Assembly: GCA_965202985.1 (NCBI GenBank) | Contig: CBDBCF010000001.1 | Span: 192,001-256,000, forward strand | Reading direction: 5' to 3' | Origin: Longimicrobiales bacterium | Lineage (GTDB): Bacteria > Gemmatimonadota > Gemmatimonadetes > Longimicrobiales > Gaopeijiaceae | DNA: 64,000 nt | Part shown: piece after piece, positions 51,384 through 61,276 of the stretch | How positions within the stretch are numbered: position 1 is the stretch's first letter | How the letters are laid out: each line of letters starts with the position of its first letter | Notes under the pieces: model-generated | Seen by the model: only the letters and a program-made list of their open reading frames with translations | What the model was told of the DNA's origin: nothing | Database searches by the model: none | Position numbers and translations under genes: made by a program

Positions 51384-52457
51384 ATGGACCGATACCCCCG
51401 GGCCGACTACAGGCCGCTGGACCGCTACCGGCCCAACCGCTCCCCCGTCGCGGTGGACCTGAGCGACAACCGCAACCTGTGGGGCGCCCATCCCGCCGCG
51501 CTGGAGGTGCTGGCGGCCGCGGGGTCGGGCGCTGCCGGAGCGGGGGAGCCGTCCGAGTACCCTTGGGCGTACGCCGAGCCATTGGCCGAAGTCGTGGCCG
51601 CCGAGCTGGGCGCTTCGCCGGGCCAGGTGGTCACGGGCGCCGGGGGCACGGGCGTGCTGGACACGTTGATGCGCGCGGTGGCCCCGACGACGATGCGGTT
51701 CCTGGAACCGGGCTGGCCCGCCGCCGCCATGCTCGCGCGGATGAACGGCCACCGGCCCGTGGCCGTTGACTGGGACGCCGGGCTGGACGATCCGGTGGCG
51801 TTCGCGGGAGACGAACAGGCGATAGTGTACGTGGCGAACCCGGCCAACCCCACGGGCCGCTCGGTCTCGGACGACTGGATGCGGGCCGCGCAGGCGCGCG
51901 CCGAGGCCGCCGGCAGCGTGCTGATCATCGACGAGGCCTACGGCGAGTACCATCGCGACGCCGCCGATCGGACGCCGTTCGACTTGGCCCTGGCCGCCGA
52001 GCGCACGCTCTGCGTAAAGACATTCTCCAAGGCGTACGGGCTGGCCGGGCTGCGGGTCGGCTACGGGGTGGGCAGCGCGTCGCTGGTCCTGGAGGCGGAC
52101 AAGGCCCGAGGGCCGTTCGCGGTGACGGGCGTATCGGGCGCGGCCGCGGCCGCCGCCTTGTCCAGCGGTTCGCCGTGGCTGGCCCGCACGGTGTCCGAGA
52201 CCCGCCGCAACCGGGACCGACTGCTGGCTCGGCTGGCCCGTAACGGTCACGCGGCTACGGAATCGCGGGCCAACTTCGTCTTCGTGCTGCTGCCGCGCGC
52301 CGAGCTGGAGCCCGCGACCGCCCAGCTGGAGCGCTCCGGCGTCCGCGTGCGCCCGTTCGCCGGGGCCGCGCCGGGAGGGTCGGGCTTGCGGGCCACGGTC
52401 GGCCCCTGGGAGATGATGGAGCGCTTGGCCGCCGGGCTGGACCAAGCCCGCGCGTGA
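51384..52457 (+). CDS. Class I/II PLP aminotransferase (HisC/CobD-like)
   Basis: NPANPTG, IIDEAY, TFSKAYGLAGLRVG, SRANFV, LRATVG. Confidence 0.85.
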   Translation: MDRYPRADYRPLDRYRPNRSPVAVDLSDNRNLWGAHPAALEVLAAAGSGAAGAGEPSEYPWAYAEPLAEVVAAELGASPGQVVTGAGGTGVLDTLMRAVAPTTMRFLEPGWPAAAMLARMNGHRPVAVDWDAGLDDPVAFAGDEQAIVYVANPANPTGRSVSDDWMRAAQARAEAAGSVLIIDEAYGEYHRDAADRTPFDLALAAERTLCVKTFSKAYGLAGLRVGYGVGSASLVLEADKARGPFAVTGVSGAAAAAALSSGSPWLARTVSETRRNRDRLLARLARNGHAATESRANFVFVLLPRAELEPATAQLERSGVRVRPFAGAAPGGSGLRATVGPWEMMERLAAGLDQARA

Positions 52458-54379
52458 ACCACGCCGCCTACGAAGAAGAGGTTCTTGGCAAGGCGTACGA
52501 TTCCCGCCTCATGGCGCGGCTGCTTCGCTACCTGCGGCCATACAGGTGGCAGGTCGCGGGCGCCGTGGCGCTTCTCATGCTGTCGTCGGCCACGGCGATG
52601 GTCGGCCCGTACCTGACCAAGGTCGCCCTGGACGACGCCGTTCCCGCCCGGGACGGCCGGCTGCTGGCCACGTTGGCCGCCCTGTACGCCGCGTCCGTCG
52701 TGCTGGTCTTCTTCTTTCAGTACGCGCAGGCCCTGGTGGCGACCTGGCTGGGACAGCGGGTCATGTACGACATCCGCGCGCAAGTGTTCCGGCGGCTCCA
52801 GCAGCTCGACCTGCGCTTCTACGACCGCAACCCGGTGGGGCGGCTCATGACCCGCATCACGTCGGACGTGGAGACGCTCAACGAGCTCTTCGGCTCGGGC
52901 GTGGTCACGGTGTTCGGCGACTTGTTCATCTTGGTCTTCATCGTGGCGGCCATGCTGTGGATGGACGCCGGGCTGGCGGTGGTCACCTTCAGCGTGCTGC
53001 CGCTGGTCGTCTGGTCGGCGTTCGTGTTCCGGTCGCGGATCCGCGCCGCCTACCGGGAGATCCGCGTCCGCCTGGCGCGCCTCAACGCCTTCCTGCAAGA
53101 GCGGTTCACGGGCATCCTGGTCGTGCAGCTGTTCAACCGGGAGCGCGCCGACCTGAACCGCTTCAAGTCGCTCAACAACGACTACCTGGCCGCCCACCTG
53201 CGCTCGATCACCTACTATGCACTGTTCTTTCCGATCGTGCAGCTGTTCACGTCGGTGGCGCTGGCGCTGATCGTGTGGTACGGCGGCGGTCTCTACGTGC
53301 AAGGCGCCGTGTCCGTGGGCGTGCTGGCTGCTTTCGTGGACTATGCGCGACGGTTCTTTCGCCCGATCCAGGACCTGTCTGACAAGTACAACCTGCTGCA
53401 AGGCGCCATGGCGTCGTCCGAGCGCGTCTTCCGCCTGCTGGATCGCAAGCCCGCCGTGGCCGACCCGGCGAGCCCGGTCTCGTTTCCCGCGAGCGCCCCC
53501 GGCGGCATCCGCTTCGAGAACGTGTGGTTCGCGTACGAAGGCGCGGAGGGCCGGGAAGGCGACGGGCGCGAGGCGGCGGGCGCGGCCGCATCCAACGCTG
53601 CGGGCGCATCCAACGTTGGCGGCGCCGCGGACGACGGGACCGATTGGGTCTTGCGCGACCTGTCGTTCGACGTGGCGCCCGGCGAGAAGCTGGCGATCGT
53701 GGGCCACACGGGCGCCGGCAAGACGACCGTGATCAACCTCCTGATGCGCTTCTACGACGCGCAGCGCGGCCGGATTCTGGTGGACGGCGTGCCGACCCAG
53801 CGTCTGCGGGTGGCGGAGCTGCGAAGCAGGATCGGGCTTGTGCTGCAAGACGTGTTTCTATTCAGCCAATCGGTGGAGTACAACGTGGCGCTGGGTTCGC
53901 GCAACATCGGCCAGGGAGACGTGACCCGGGCGCTCGAGGCCGTGGGCGCCGACCCCTTCGTCGAACGCCTTGCCGCCGGGCGCAGCCAGGACTTGGGCGA
54001 ACGCGGCGCCGGCTTGTCGGTGGGCGAGCGCCAACTGCTGTCTTTCGCGCGCGCGCTGGCGTTCGACCCCGACATCCTGGTGCTGGACGAAGCCACCAGC
54101 TCCGTGGACTCGGAGATCGAGACGCGCATCGAAGAAGCGACCGATCGCCTCATGGAAGGCCGCACGTGCCTGGTGATCGCGCACCGGCTTTCCACGGTCC
54201 AGAACGCCGACCGCATCTTGGTGCTGCACCAAGGACAGCTGGCGGAAGAGGGCAGCCACCAAGCGCTGTTGGCGGCCGGCGGACTCTACCAGCGGCTCTA
54301 CGAGCTCCAGTTCGCCGGGTTGTCGGGCAGGCTCGCCCCGGCCGCGGCAGTCGGGGCGACGCGCGTGGACAGCCCTTGA
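52454..54379 (+). CDS. ABC exporter, fused permease/ATPase (MsbA/MdlB-like)
   Basis: PVGRLMTR, GHTGAGKT, LSVGERQL, DEATSSVD, IAHRLST. Confidence 0.92.
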   Translation: MNHAAYEEEVLGKAYDSRLMARLLRYLRPYRWQVAGAVALLMLSSATAMVGPYLTKVALDDAVPARDGRLLATLAALYAASVVLVFFFQYAQALVATWLGQRVMYDIRAQVFRRLQQLDLRFYDRNPVGRLMTRITSDVETLNELFGSGVVTVFGDLFILVFIVAAMLWMDAGLAVVTFSVLPLVVWSAFVFRSRIRAAYREIRVRLARLNAFLQERFTGILVVQLFNRERADLNRFKSLNNDYLAAHLRSITYYALFFPIVQLFTSVALALIVWYGGGLYVQGAVSVGVLAAFVDYARRFFRPIQDLSDKYNLLQGAMASSERVFRLLDRKPAVADPASPVSFPASAPGGIRFENVWFAYEGAEGREGDGREAAGAAASNAAGASNVGGAADDGTDWVLRDLSFDVAPGEKLAIVGHTGAGKTTVINLLMRFYDAQRGRILVDGVPTQRLRVAELRSRIGLVLQDVFLFSQSVEYNVALGSRNIGQGDVTRALEAVGADPFVERLAAGRSQDLGERGAGLSVGERQLLSFARALAFDPDILVLDEATSSVDSEIETRIEEATDRLMEGRTCLVIAHRLSTVQNADRILVLHQGQLAEEGSHQALLAAGGLYQRLYELQFAGLSGRLAPAAAVGATRVDSP

Positions 54380-54425
54380 GCGGTCCGCCTGTCGGGCAAG
54401 CTCGCGCCCGCCGTAGCTTCCGTTC

Positions 54426-55187
54426 ATGAACGTTGCGCTCTTCGCCACCTGCCTGGCGGACCACTACTTCGCCGAGGCCGCCGCCGACGCGGTGCGACTG
54501 CTCCGCCACCTGGGCTGTCGGGTGGCGTTCCCCGAGGACCAGACGTGCTGTGGGCAGCCGGCCTACAACGCGGGTCGGCGCCAGGAAGCCGCGCGCATGG
54601 CGGGCCACGCGATCGACGTGTTTCGCGGCGCGGAGGCGGTGGTGCTCCCCAGCGGCTCGTGCGCGGCGATGGTCAAGAAGTTCTACGCGCAGGTGGCGGG
54701 CGAGCGGGCCGAAGAGGCGGGCGACTTGGCGTCCAGGACGTGGGAGCTGGGCGAGTTCCTGGTGCGCCGACTGGGCGTGACGCGGCTGGGGCGCGGGCTG
54801 GCGGGCCGTCGCGTCGCCGTCCACCAGGGTTGCCATGCGCTGCGCGAACTTCGCCTGGAGACGGAGCCGGAGACGCTCTTGACGGGCGCCGGCGCGATCG
54901 TGGCGCCGTGGGAGGCGGGCGACGAGTGCTGCGGCTTCGGCGGCCTGTTTTCGGTCAAGATGACGGACGTGTCGGCGGCGATGGCGGACCGCAAGCTGGA
55001 CACCCTGCCCGACGTGGACTGGCTGGTGTCGGGCGACGGCGGATGCCTGTTGCAACTGGAGGGGCGCAGCAGCGCGCGAGGCCTGGGCGTGGAGTGCGTG
55101 CACCTGGCGACGGCCTTGTGGCGCGGCATTCGGGACGGCAACAGCGTTCCGGACAGCGCAGACGGCGAAGACGATGCGCGTTCGTAG
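54426..55187 (+). CDS. lutA: Lactate utilization protein A (CCG domains)
   Basis: LFATCL.D, QTCCGQP, SGSC, CH, CCGFGG, GC. Confidence 0.88.
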   Translation: MNVALFATCLADHYFAEAAADAVRLLRHLGCRVAFPEDQTCCGQPAYNAGRRQEAARMAGHAIDVFRGAEAVVLPSGSCAAMVKKFYAQVAGERAEEAGDLASRTWELGEFLVRRLGVTRLGRGLAGRRVAVHQGCHALRELRLETEPETLLTGAGAIVAPWEAGDECCGFGGLFSVKMTDVSAAMADRKLDTLPDVDWLVSGDGGCLLQLEGRSSARGLGVECVHLATALWRGIRDGNSVPDSADGEDDARS

Positions 55188-56592
55188 CAACGAATACCGG
55201 ACCCGCTCGCAGGATATCATCCGCCGGGAACCCGAGGTGCGGGAGGCGGTCACCGGCGCCACGCTGGCGTTCGACGAGATGCGCCGGCGCGGCTACGCAG
55301 AAGTGGAAGCGGATCGGTGGCGCCGCTGGGCCGAAGCGGTCAAGAACCATCTGCTGACCCACCTGGACGACTACTTGGCCCAGGCGGAGGCCAGGCTGTC
55401 GGCCTCGGGCGCGCAAGTGCACTGGGCGGCCGACGCGCGCCAAGCCCGCGAGATCGTGATCGGAATCACCGCCGACGCCTCCGTGCGAAGCGTGGTCAAG
55501 GGCAAGAGCATGGCCACCGAGGAGATCGACCTGAACCCGGCGCTGGAGGCCGCGGGCATCGAGACCTTCGAGACCGACTTGGGCGAGTACATCCTGCAGC
55601 TCCTGGACGAACCGCCCAGCCACATCTTGGGACCCGCCATTCACAAGAACCTTGCGCAAGTCCGGCGCCTGTTCTCCGACCACTTGGGCACGCCAGCCGA
55701 GGGCCATCCCGACGCCCTGGCTCGGGCGGCGCGCCGCGTTCTGCGCAAGGCGTTCCTGCGCGCGGACATGGGCATCACGGGCGCCAACTTCGTCGTCGCC
55801 GAGACCGGCACCGTCGCGCTCATCGAGAACGAAGGCAACATCCGACTGGCCACTTCCCTGCCCCGCGTGCACGTCGTCTTGGCCGGCATCGAGAAGCTGC
55901 TGCCCCGCATGAGCGACCTTGCCGGGTTCCTGCAACTGACGGCGCGCGCGGGCACGGGCCAGCCCACCGGCTGCTTCGTGACGCTGGTGCAAGGGCCGGC
56001 GACGAGACGGGCGGACGCCGAGGGCGCCGGCAACGTGCGCGACGACGGCCCCGAGGAAGTCCACGTCGTCTTTCTGGACAACGGGCGAAGCACGGTCTTG
56101 GAGCACGAGCACGCCTGGGAGACGTTGCGCTGCGTGCGCTGCGGGGCCTGCCTGAACGCGTGCCCGGTGTATCGCCAGACGGGCGGCCACGCTTACGGCT
56201 GGGTCTATTCGGGTCCGATCGGGTCCGTGCTGGACCCCGGTCTGCTGGGGCTGGAGGAAGCGATGCCCCTTCCCTTCGCGTCCTCGCTGTGCGGGGCCTG
56301 CTACGACGCCTGCCCGGTGCGCATCCCCATCCCGGAGCTGCTCGTGCGCTGGCGCGAGGAAGCCCAGGAGCGCGGGCTGACGCCGATCTCGGAGCGCGCG
56401 GCCCTGTCGGCGCTGGCCGGCGCAGCGACGCGACCCGGCGTCTTTCGGCTGGCCGGGAAGGCGGGCACTCGTCTCGGGGGCGGGGCCGCGGCCAAGGCGC
56501 TCCCCATGTTGCGCGAATGGACCCACGACCGAGCGCCCCCCCGACCCAGCCCCCGCACCTTCCGCGAACTCTGGCGCGACGGGATCGAATGA
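55174..56592 (+). CDS. lutB: Lactate utilization protein B (Fe-S)
   Basis: KGKSMATEE, ETDLGE, PSHI, ENEGN, CVRCGACLNACP, SSLCGACYDACP. Confidence 0.92.
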   Translation: MRVRSNEYRTRSQDIIRREPEVREAVTGATLAFDEMRRRGYAEVEADRWRRWAEAVKNHLLTHLDDYLAQAEARLSASGAQVHWAADARQAREIVIGITADASVRSVVKGKSMATEEIDLNPALEAAGIETFETDLGEYILQLLDEPPSHILGPAIHKNLAQVRRLFSDHLGTPAEGHPDALARAARRVLRKAFLRADMGITGANFVVAETGTVALIENEGNIRLATSLPRVHVVLAGIEKLLPRMSDLAGFLQLTARAGTGQPTGCFVTLVQGPATRRADAEGAGNVRDDGPEEVHVVFLDNGRSTVLEHEHAWETLRCVRCGACLNACPVYRQTGGHAYGWVYSGPIGSVLDPGLLGLEEAMPLPFASSLCGACYDACPVRIPIPELLVRWREEAQERGLTPISERAALSALAGAATRPGVFRLAGKAGTRLGGGAAAKALPMLREWTHDRAPPRPSPRTFRELWRDGIE

Positions 56593-57221
56593 GCACTCGC
56601 CGACGCATCCTCGACCGCGTCGCCCGAGCAACGACGATGCGGCCCAAGACGCCGCATCCCGGTTCCCTGGCCACGCCCGAGCCGTCGGAGGGGCCGGAAG
56701 CGGCGTTCGCTGCCCGCTTCACGGCCAGTGGCGGAGAGGTGGCTGCGCGGGACCCAGGACGCCCCCCCGGCGAGTGGCTGACGGAGTTCGTCGCGGGGCC
56801 GGAGCTGGGCCTGGAACTCGAAGTCGGGGGCGTCGCCGTGGGGGCCGAGGTGCCGCCCCAGCTGCGGCCTGGGCAGCCCTTGGCGGCTCCGGAGAGGGCC
56901 GAGGTGGGCGTATGTCGGGCCTGGGCGGCCGTCGCCGAGACGGGCAGCTTGGTCCTCGAGTCCACGGGCGGGCGGGCGGTCCAGGTGTTGCCTCCGGTGC
57001 TCGTCGTGTGGGTGCCCGCCGGGCGCGTCTACGGACGGCTGGAAGACGCGCTGCTCGACCTGGCCGCCGACCTCCCCGCCGCCGCCGGGCTCCACTCGGG
57101 TCCCAGCAAGTCGGCGGACATCGGGCGCACGGTGGTCACGGGCGTCCACGGTCCGGGGCGTTGCGTGGCGGTGCTGGAGGGCGGGGACGGCTGGGGGCGG
57201 TCACGGCTTGGGCCACGGTAG
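56589..57221 (+). CDS. lutC: Lactate utilization protein C (LUD domain)
   Basis: AVAETGSL, SGPSKSADI, GVHGP. Confidence 0.88.
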   Translation: MSTRRRILDRVARATTMRPKTPHPGSLATPEPSEGPEAAFAARFTASGGEVAARDPGRPPGEWLTEFVAGPELGLELEVGGVAVGAEVPPQLRPGQPLAAPERAEVGVCRAWAAVAETGSLVLESTGGRAVQVLPPVLVVWVPAGRVYGRLEDALLDLAADLPAAAGLHSGPSKSADIGRTVVTGVHGPGRCVAVLEGGDGWGRSRLGPR

Positions 57222-57230
57222 CAGGCGGCC

Positions 57231-58076
57231 GTGAGGAACGCCGGGGTGCGGTCTCGACTACTGGTGTCGGCGACATTCGTTTGTGCGGCGACCAGTGCTG
57301 CGGGGTGCGGAGCGCCGGACGACCGGGGAAGCTTGTCGGACTTCTTTGTCGTCTCCGGCTCGTTGGTGGTCGCCGACACCACGTTCCGCAAGCTGCTGAG
57401 CGAGCGCGACTCCATTCGACCGTGGCGGGTCATGGGACTCGGTTCTCAGGCTTGGCTGTGGTCGCCTTCGCACGGCAAGCGGGCCGCCCAGGCTGCAACC
57501 GCGCTTCCCCGCAGCATAGGGGAAACGCCGTACTGGACCAGCTGGCACAAAGTCTACGGCGCCGTAGCCGGTTCTACTGTGTTCCACGCCGTCAACTTCG
57601 AGTACTTGATCCGGGTGTACGGCCCCGGGGGAGTCCTGGTCGACAGCATCGACGTTGCGCCCGAGTCGTGGCGACAAGCCCCGAGGCCGAGGGCCAGCGA
57701 GTTCGTGGTCGCAGGCGGGCAGGGCCTTGGACAGGATCGGGAAGCAATGTGCGCCTACCTGGAGGATGCCACCTTCATCACGGGGATGGCGGCGGTTTCC
57801 GACAGCGTGCTCGCAGTAGTTCATGGGCGCTATTCCGCGCCAGACATCGCGGACCCCGGTTGCGTCGGCGGGCCGTGGTCCATGGAAACCACCAGCGAAT
57901 ACGTCAATGTATTCGTAAACGGGGTCAATGTGGTCCGCGACGCCCCGGCGCCCGGAGAGATCCTGGGCTACGGGAGCGGTCGAATCGTGTTCGTTCGGCA
58001 CGCTGCCGATGCAGTCCACCACCACGATTCGAGCTACACGTTGGTCGAGTACAGAGCCGTATCGTCCAAGTACTAA
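57231..58076 (+). CDS. Hypothetical lipoprotein, partial beta-propeller-like
   Basis: Lipobox AAGC; LVVAD, IRVYGPGGVLVDSI; atypical codon usage. Confidence 0.5.
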   Translation: MRNAGVRSRLLVSATFVCAATSAAGCGAPDDRGSLSDFFVVSGSLVVADTTFRKLLSERDSIRPWRVMGLGSQAWLWSPSHGKRAAQAATALPRSIGETPYWTSWHKVYGAVAGSTVFHAVNFEYLIRVYGPGGVLVDSIDVAPESWRQAPRPRASEFVVAGGQGLGQDREAMCAYLEDATFITGMAAVSDSVLAVVHGRYSAPDIADPGCVGGPWSMETTSEYVNVFVNGVNVVRDAPAPGEILGYGSGRIVFVRHAADAVHHHDSSYTLVEYRAVSSKY

Positions 58077-58095
58077 TCCACCACTCGACGCACGG

Positions 58096-58365
58096 TCAGA
58101 CGGGGCCGTTCGCGGTCCGCGCCAGCAGCTTGTCGCCCGTGTCGCAGTCCACCACGGCGTCCGCCGCCTCGTCCACCAACTCCGAACCCGACGCCGCCAA
58201 GATGCGACGCAGCCGCTCCGCCGTCCCCGACCCGAACCGCCGCGCCGCCAGCCGAACCACCAGCGCCCGCTTCTCGGCCAACCCCTGTTCCAGCCCTTGT
58301 TCCAGCCCTTGCTCTCGGCCTTCTCGCCGGAGCTCCTCCGCTGCTTCCGCCGCCTGCCAGGACAT
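58096..58365 (-). CDS. Putative internally translated small protein (RpnS-like, 89 aa)
   Basis: In-frame ATG 58365 preceded by AAGGGAGGGAGGCGGC, located just before the EQGL repeats. Confidence 0.55.
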   Translation of the reverse strand: MSWQAAEAAEELRREGREQGLEQGLEQGLAEKRALVVRLAARRFGSGTAERLRRILAASGSELVDEAADAVVDCDTGDKLLARTANGPV

Positions 58366-59154
58366 GCCGCCTCCCTCCCTTGGGTGTCTGATCCGCTCCA
58401 CGATCCGCTCTCTCGTCGCCCGCGCCACGCCCATCGCCCGCGCCGCCTCCTCCGCCCACATCGCGTAGCCCTCCCGCACGCCCGCGTGCTCAGGACCGCC
58501 GTAGCGCGCAGCCAGAGCCTCGGTCACACGACCCAGGCTCCGCCAGTCCCGAACCAAGTCCACCAGCCACCGCAGCAGCGTGCCGTCCGCCGGCAAGTCT
58601 TGCTCCGCAGCCGACCTCGAGTCAAGGACCTCGTACAGGTGTGCGGTCTGGAGCCGGGCGGCGCTCGCAGACCCCGGCGGCGCCAGCGCGGCCACGCTCG
58701 TCAGCGCGCGCCACGGCTTGGGACCGACATGCAGCACCGACGACAGGACGGTGGGCGCGCCGCTGCCGTCGGGGTTTCTCCACTGCTCGCTGGCTTTGAG
58801 GAAGCGGTAGAGGTGGGCGACGTACTCGAGGCTTCGGAAGAGCATGTCGTAGCCGACGGCGGACTGGTACTCGACGTGGAAGACGACGGCGCGGCGGCGG
58901 TGGCGGAAGGGGACCCACCAAGCGGCGTCGGCGCGCCGGAGCTTGGGGCCGGGGGAGACGTGCTCGGTGGGCAGTTCGCGGATCGAGTCGAGGTCGAGTT
59001 CGCGGTGCCAGCCGCGAGCCATGAAGTCGCGGACCAATGACTGGGCGGCGAGGGGGTGGGCGAAGAACGACCTGAGGACCTCGTCGTGCCTGCGGGGGCG
59101 CTTGCGGCGAGGGGGTTGCCGGCCGTTCTCGGGCGGCGTGGGGTGCTCCGTCAT
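58096..59154 (-). CDS. Rpn/YhgA-like recombination-promoting nuclease (Transposase_31)
   Basis: HDEVLRSFF, LPTEHV, RRADAAW...HVEYQS, LFRSLEY, VLHVG..PW, C-terminal EQGL repeats and RRFG helix. Confidence 0.85.
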   Translation of the reverse strand: MTEHPTPPENGRQPPRRKRPRRHDEVLRSFFAHPLAAQSLVRDFMARGWHRELDLDSIRELPTEHVSPGPKLRRADAAWWVPFRHRRRAVVFHVEYQSAVGYDMLFRSLEYVAHLYRFLKASEQWRNPDGSGAPTVLSSVLHVGPKPWRALTSVAALAPPGSASAARLQTAHLYEVLDSRSAAEQDLPADGTLLRWLVDLVRDWRSLGRVTEALAARYGGPEHAGVREGYAMWAEEAARAMGVARATRERIVERIRHPREGGGMSWQAAEAAEELRREGREQGLEQGLEQGLAEKRALVVRLAARRFGSGTAERLRRILAASGSELVDEAADAVVDCDTGDKLLARTANGPV

Positions 59155-59469
59155 GGGTTGCGGTCTCCGTTGGCGCTGGGAAGCTGGCGGGCTCGCGGGC
59201 GAACGCCGGCGGCCCGGCCTGCGAGGACCGGGCGAGTCCCGGACACGGAGCAAGATGGGACGAAAACTGGGCGCTTCCATGGCTGGATCGGCCCGTCTTT
59301 CGGCGACATCCGCTGGGCGGCCAGGAGGCCGCGAAAACGCCGTCGCCCGGGACGCTTCTCGGTCACGGGGTGCGCCCCGGACCCGCGTTCGGTACCTTCG
59401 GACTGTGGCCGCGCACCGACGCCGGCCCGAGACCAAGAAGCATCACCCGACGAAAGGACGACCAAGAAC

Positions 59470-60126
59470 GTGAGAATCCCTACCCGTGACGCCCGCCTTC
59501 CGTTCGCAACGCTGGCTTGCGCCGGACTCGCGCTGGCGATCGCCGCCTGCGCGCCGGCCGGCGACGAGTACGCGGAAGAGGCGGAGCAAGCCGACAACGC
59601 CGCCGCCGAGCACCCCGCTCCGCCCTCCATCTTCGCCGAGATCGCGGAGGACATCGCGACCGTCGAGGAGAAGCTGGTGGGCTTGGCCGAGGCGATGAAC
59701 CAGGAGCAGTACGGCTGGCGCCCCATGGAGGGCGTTCGGTCCACCGGCGAGATGTTCATGCACGTGACCGCGGACAACTACTTCCTGCCCGCGCTGGGCG
59801 GCGTGCCGGTCCCGGAGCACACCAAGATCGCGGCCCCGACCGACGAGAACGTCTACCAGACCGTGCTGGACTTCGAGGCCAGCATTACGGACCGGCAGGC
59901 CATCATCGACGAGATGAAGGCGTCGTTCGTCCACCTGCACGAGGCCCTGGCGGCCGTCGATCCGGCGATGGCGGGCCACAATGTCGAGTTCTTCGGCCAG
60001 ACCTCCACGGTGCAGGGCCTGTGGTTCCTGACCGCAGTGCACCTCCACGAGCACTTGGGCAACAGCATCACCTACGCGCGCGCCAACGAAGTCGTGCCGC
60101 CTTGGAGCCGCGGCGAGGGCGGATAA
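59470..60126 (+). CDS. DinB family lipoprotein
   Basis: Lipobox IAAC; WRPMEGVRSTGEMFMH, HLHEHLG, YARANEVVPPWS. Confidence 0.88.
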   Translation: MRIPTRDARLPFATLACAGLALAIAACAPAGDEYAEEAEQADNAAAEHPAPPSIFAEIAEDIATVEEKLVGLAEAMNQEQYGWRPMEGVRSTGEMFMHVTADNYFLPALGGVPVPEHTKIAAPTDENVYQTVLDFEASITDRQAIIDEMKASFVHLHEALAAVDPAMAGHNVEFFGQTSTVQGLWFLTAVHLHEHLGNSITYARANEVVPPWSRGEGG

Positions 60127-60153
60127 GCCGCCCCGCCCACACGCACGCTTCCC

Positions 60154-61212
60154 ATGAACAAGCGCGATTTCCTCAAGACCACGGCCGCCGGCGCACTGGG
60201 CGCCTCGGCTCTCGGCGCCGCCGCCTGCGCCCCCCAGGTGTCCACCGCCCGCAGGTCGCCGATCCACTGGCGGCTCCAGACGTACGCCGGCGGCCCGCTC
60301 GCGGAGCACGTGGTCAAGCCCGCCGTCGATTCGTTCAACCGCATCGCCAACGGCGAGATGACGATCGAGCTCTTCGCCGCGGACGAGCTCGTGCCCACGG
60401 ACGAGCTGTTCGGCGCGTTGCAGGAAGGCGTGCTGGACGCGGTTCAGAGCGACGACGACTCCATGGCGTCGCCCGCGGACGTGGCGGCGTTCGGCGGCTA
60501 CTTCCCCTTCGCCACGCGCTACAGCCTGGACGTGCCCGTGCTCTTCCACCAGTACGGCTTGGCGGAGATATGGCAGGAGGCCTACGACGAGATCGACGGC
60601 GTGACGTGGCTCAGCGCCGGCTCGTGGGACCCCTGCCACTTCAACACGGTGAACCCGATCCGCAGCCTGTCCGACTTGCAGGGCCTGCGCGTCTTCACGA
60701 TGCCCACGGCGGGCCGCTTCCTGTCGCGCTTCGGCGTGGTGCCCGTCACGGTGCCGTGGGACGACGCGGCGGACGCGGTGCGCCGGGGCGAACTGGACGG
60801 CTTGGCCTGGTCCGGGATCACGGAAGACTACACCGCCGGCTGGGCGGACGTGACCAACTACTTCCTGACCAACAACATCTCCGGCGCCTGGTGCGGGTCG
60901 TTCTTCGCCCACACCGACTCGTGGGAGGCCCTGCCCGACCACTTGCGGGAGCTGTTCCGCGTGTGCATGGACAGCTCGCACTACTATCGCCTGCACTGGT
61001 ACTGGGGCGGCGAAGCGCGCCTGCGCACGGAGGGCGACAAGCTGCAACTCACGTCGATCCCCGACCAAGAATGGCAGCAGGTGGAGGACGAGGCCCTGAG
61101 GTTCTGGGACGAGATGGCGGCGGCCAGCCCCCGCGCCGCGCGCGTCGTGGAGATCCTGAAGGCGTACAACGCGACGATGGCCAGCGCTGGGCGGCCCTAC
61201 CGGTACTCCTGA
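60154..61212 (+). CDS. TRAP transporter substrate-binding protein DctP, Tat-like signal
   Basis: MNKRDFLK...AAAC, WRLQTY, LQGLRV, GELDG. Confidence 0.88.
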   Translation: MNKRDFLKTTAAGALGASALGAAACAPQVSTARRSPIHWRLQTYAGGPLAEHVVKPAVDSFNRIANGEMTIELFAADELVPTDELFGALQEGVLDAVQSDDDSMASPADVAAFGGYFPFATRYSLDVPVLFHQYGLAEIWQEAYDEIDGVTWLSAGSWDPCHFNTVNPIRSLSDLQGLRVFTMPTAGRFLSRFGVVPVTVPWDDAADAVRRGELDGLAWSGITEDYTAGWADVTNYFLTNNISGAWCGSFFAHTDSWEALPDHLRELFRVCMDSSHYYRLHWYWGGEARLRTEGDKLQLTSIPDQEWQQVEDEALRFWDEMAAASPRAARVVEILKAYNATMASAGRPYRYS

Positions 61213-61276
61213 GCGACCTGCCGTACTCCTGAACCGTCCGAACGGGCGCAGGACGAACCGGGATCGAGCCGGCGCG

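Noticed and set aside
58096..59154. Rpn gene as an IS element
   Set aside because: No terminal inverted repeats or target duplication seen; the family is not a demonstrated transposase
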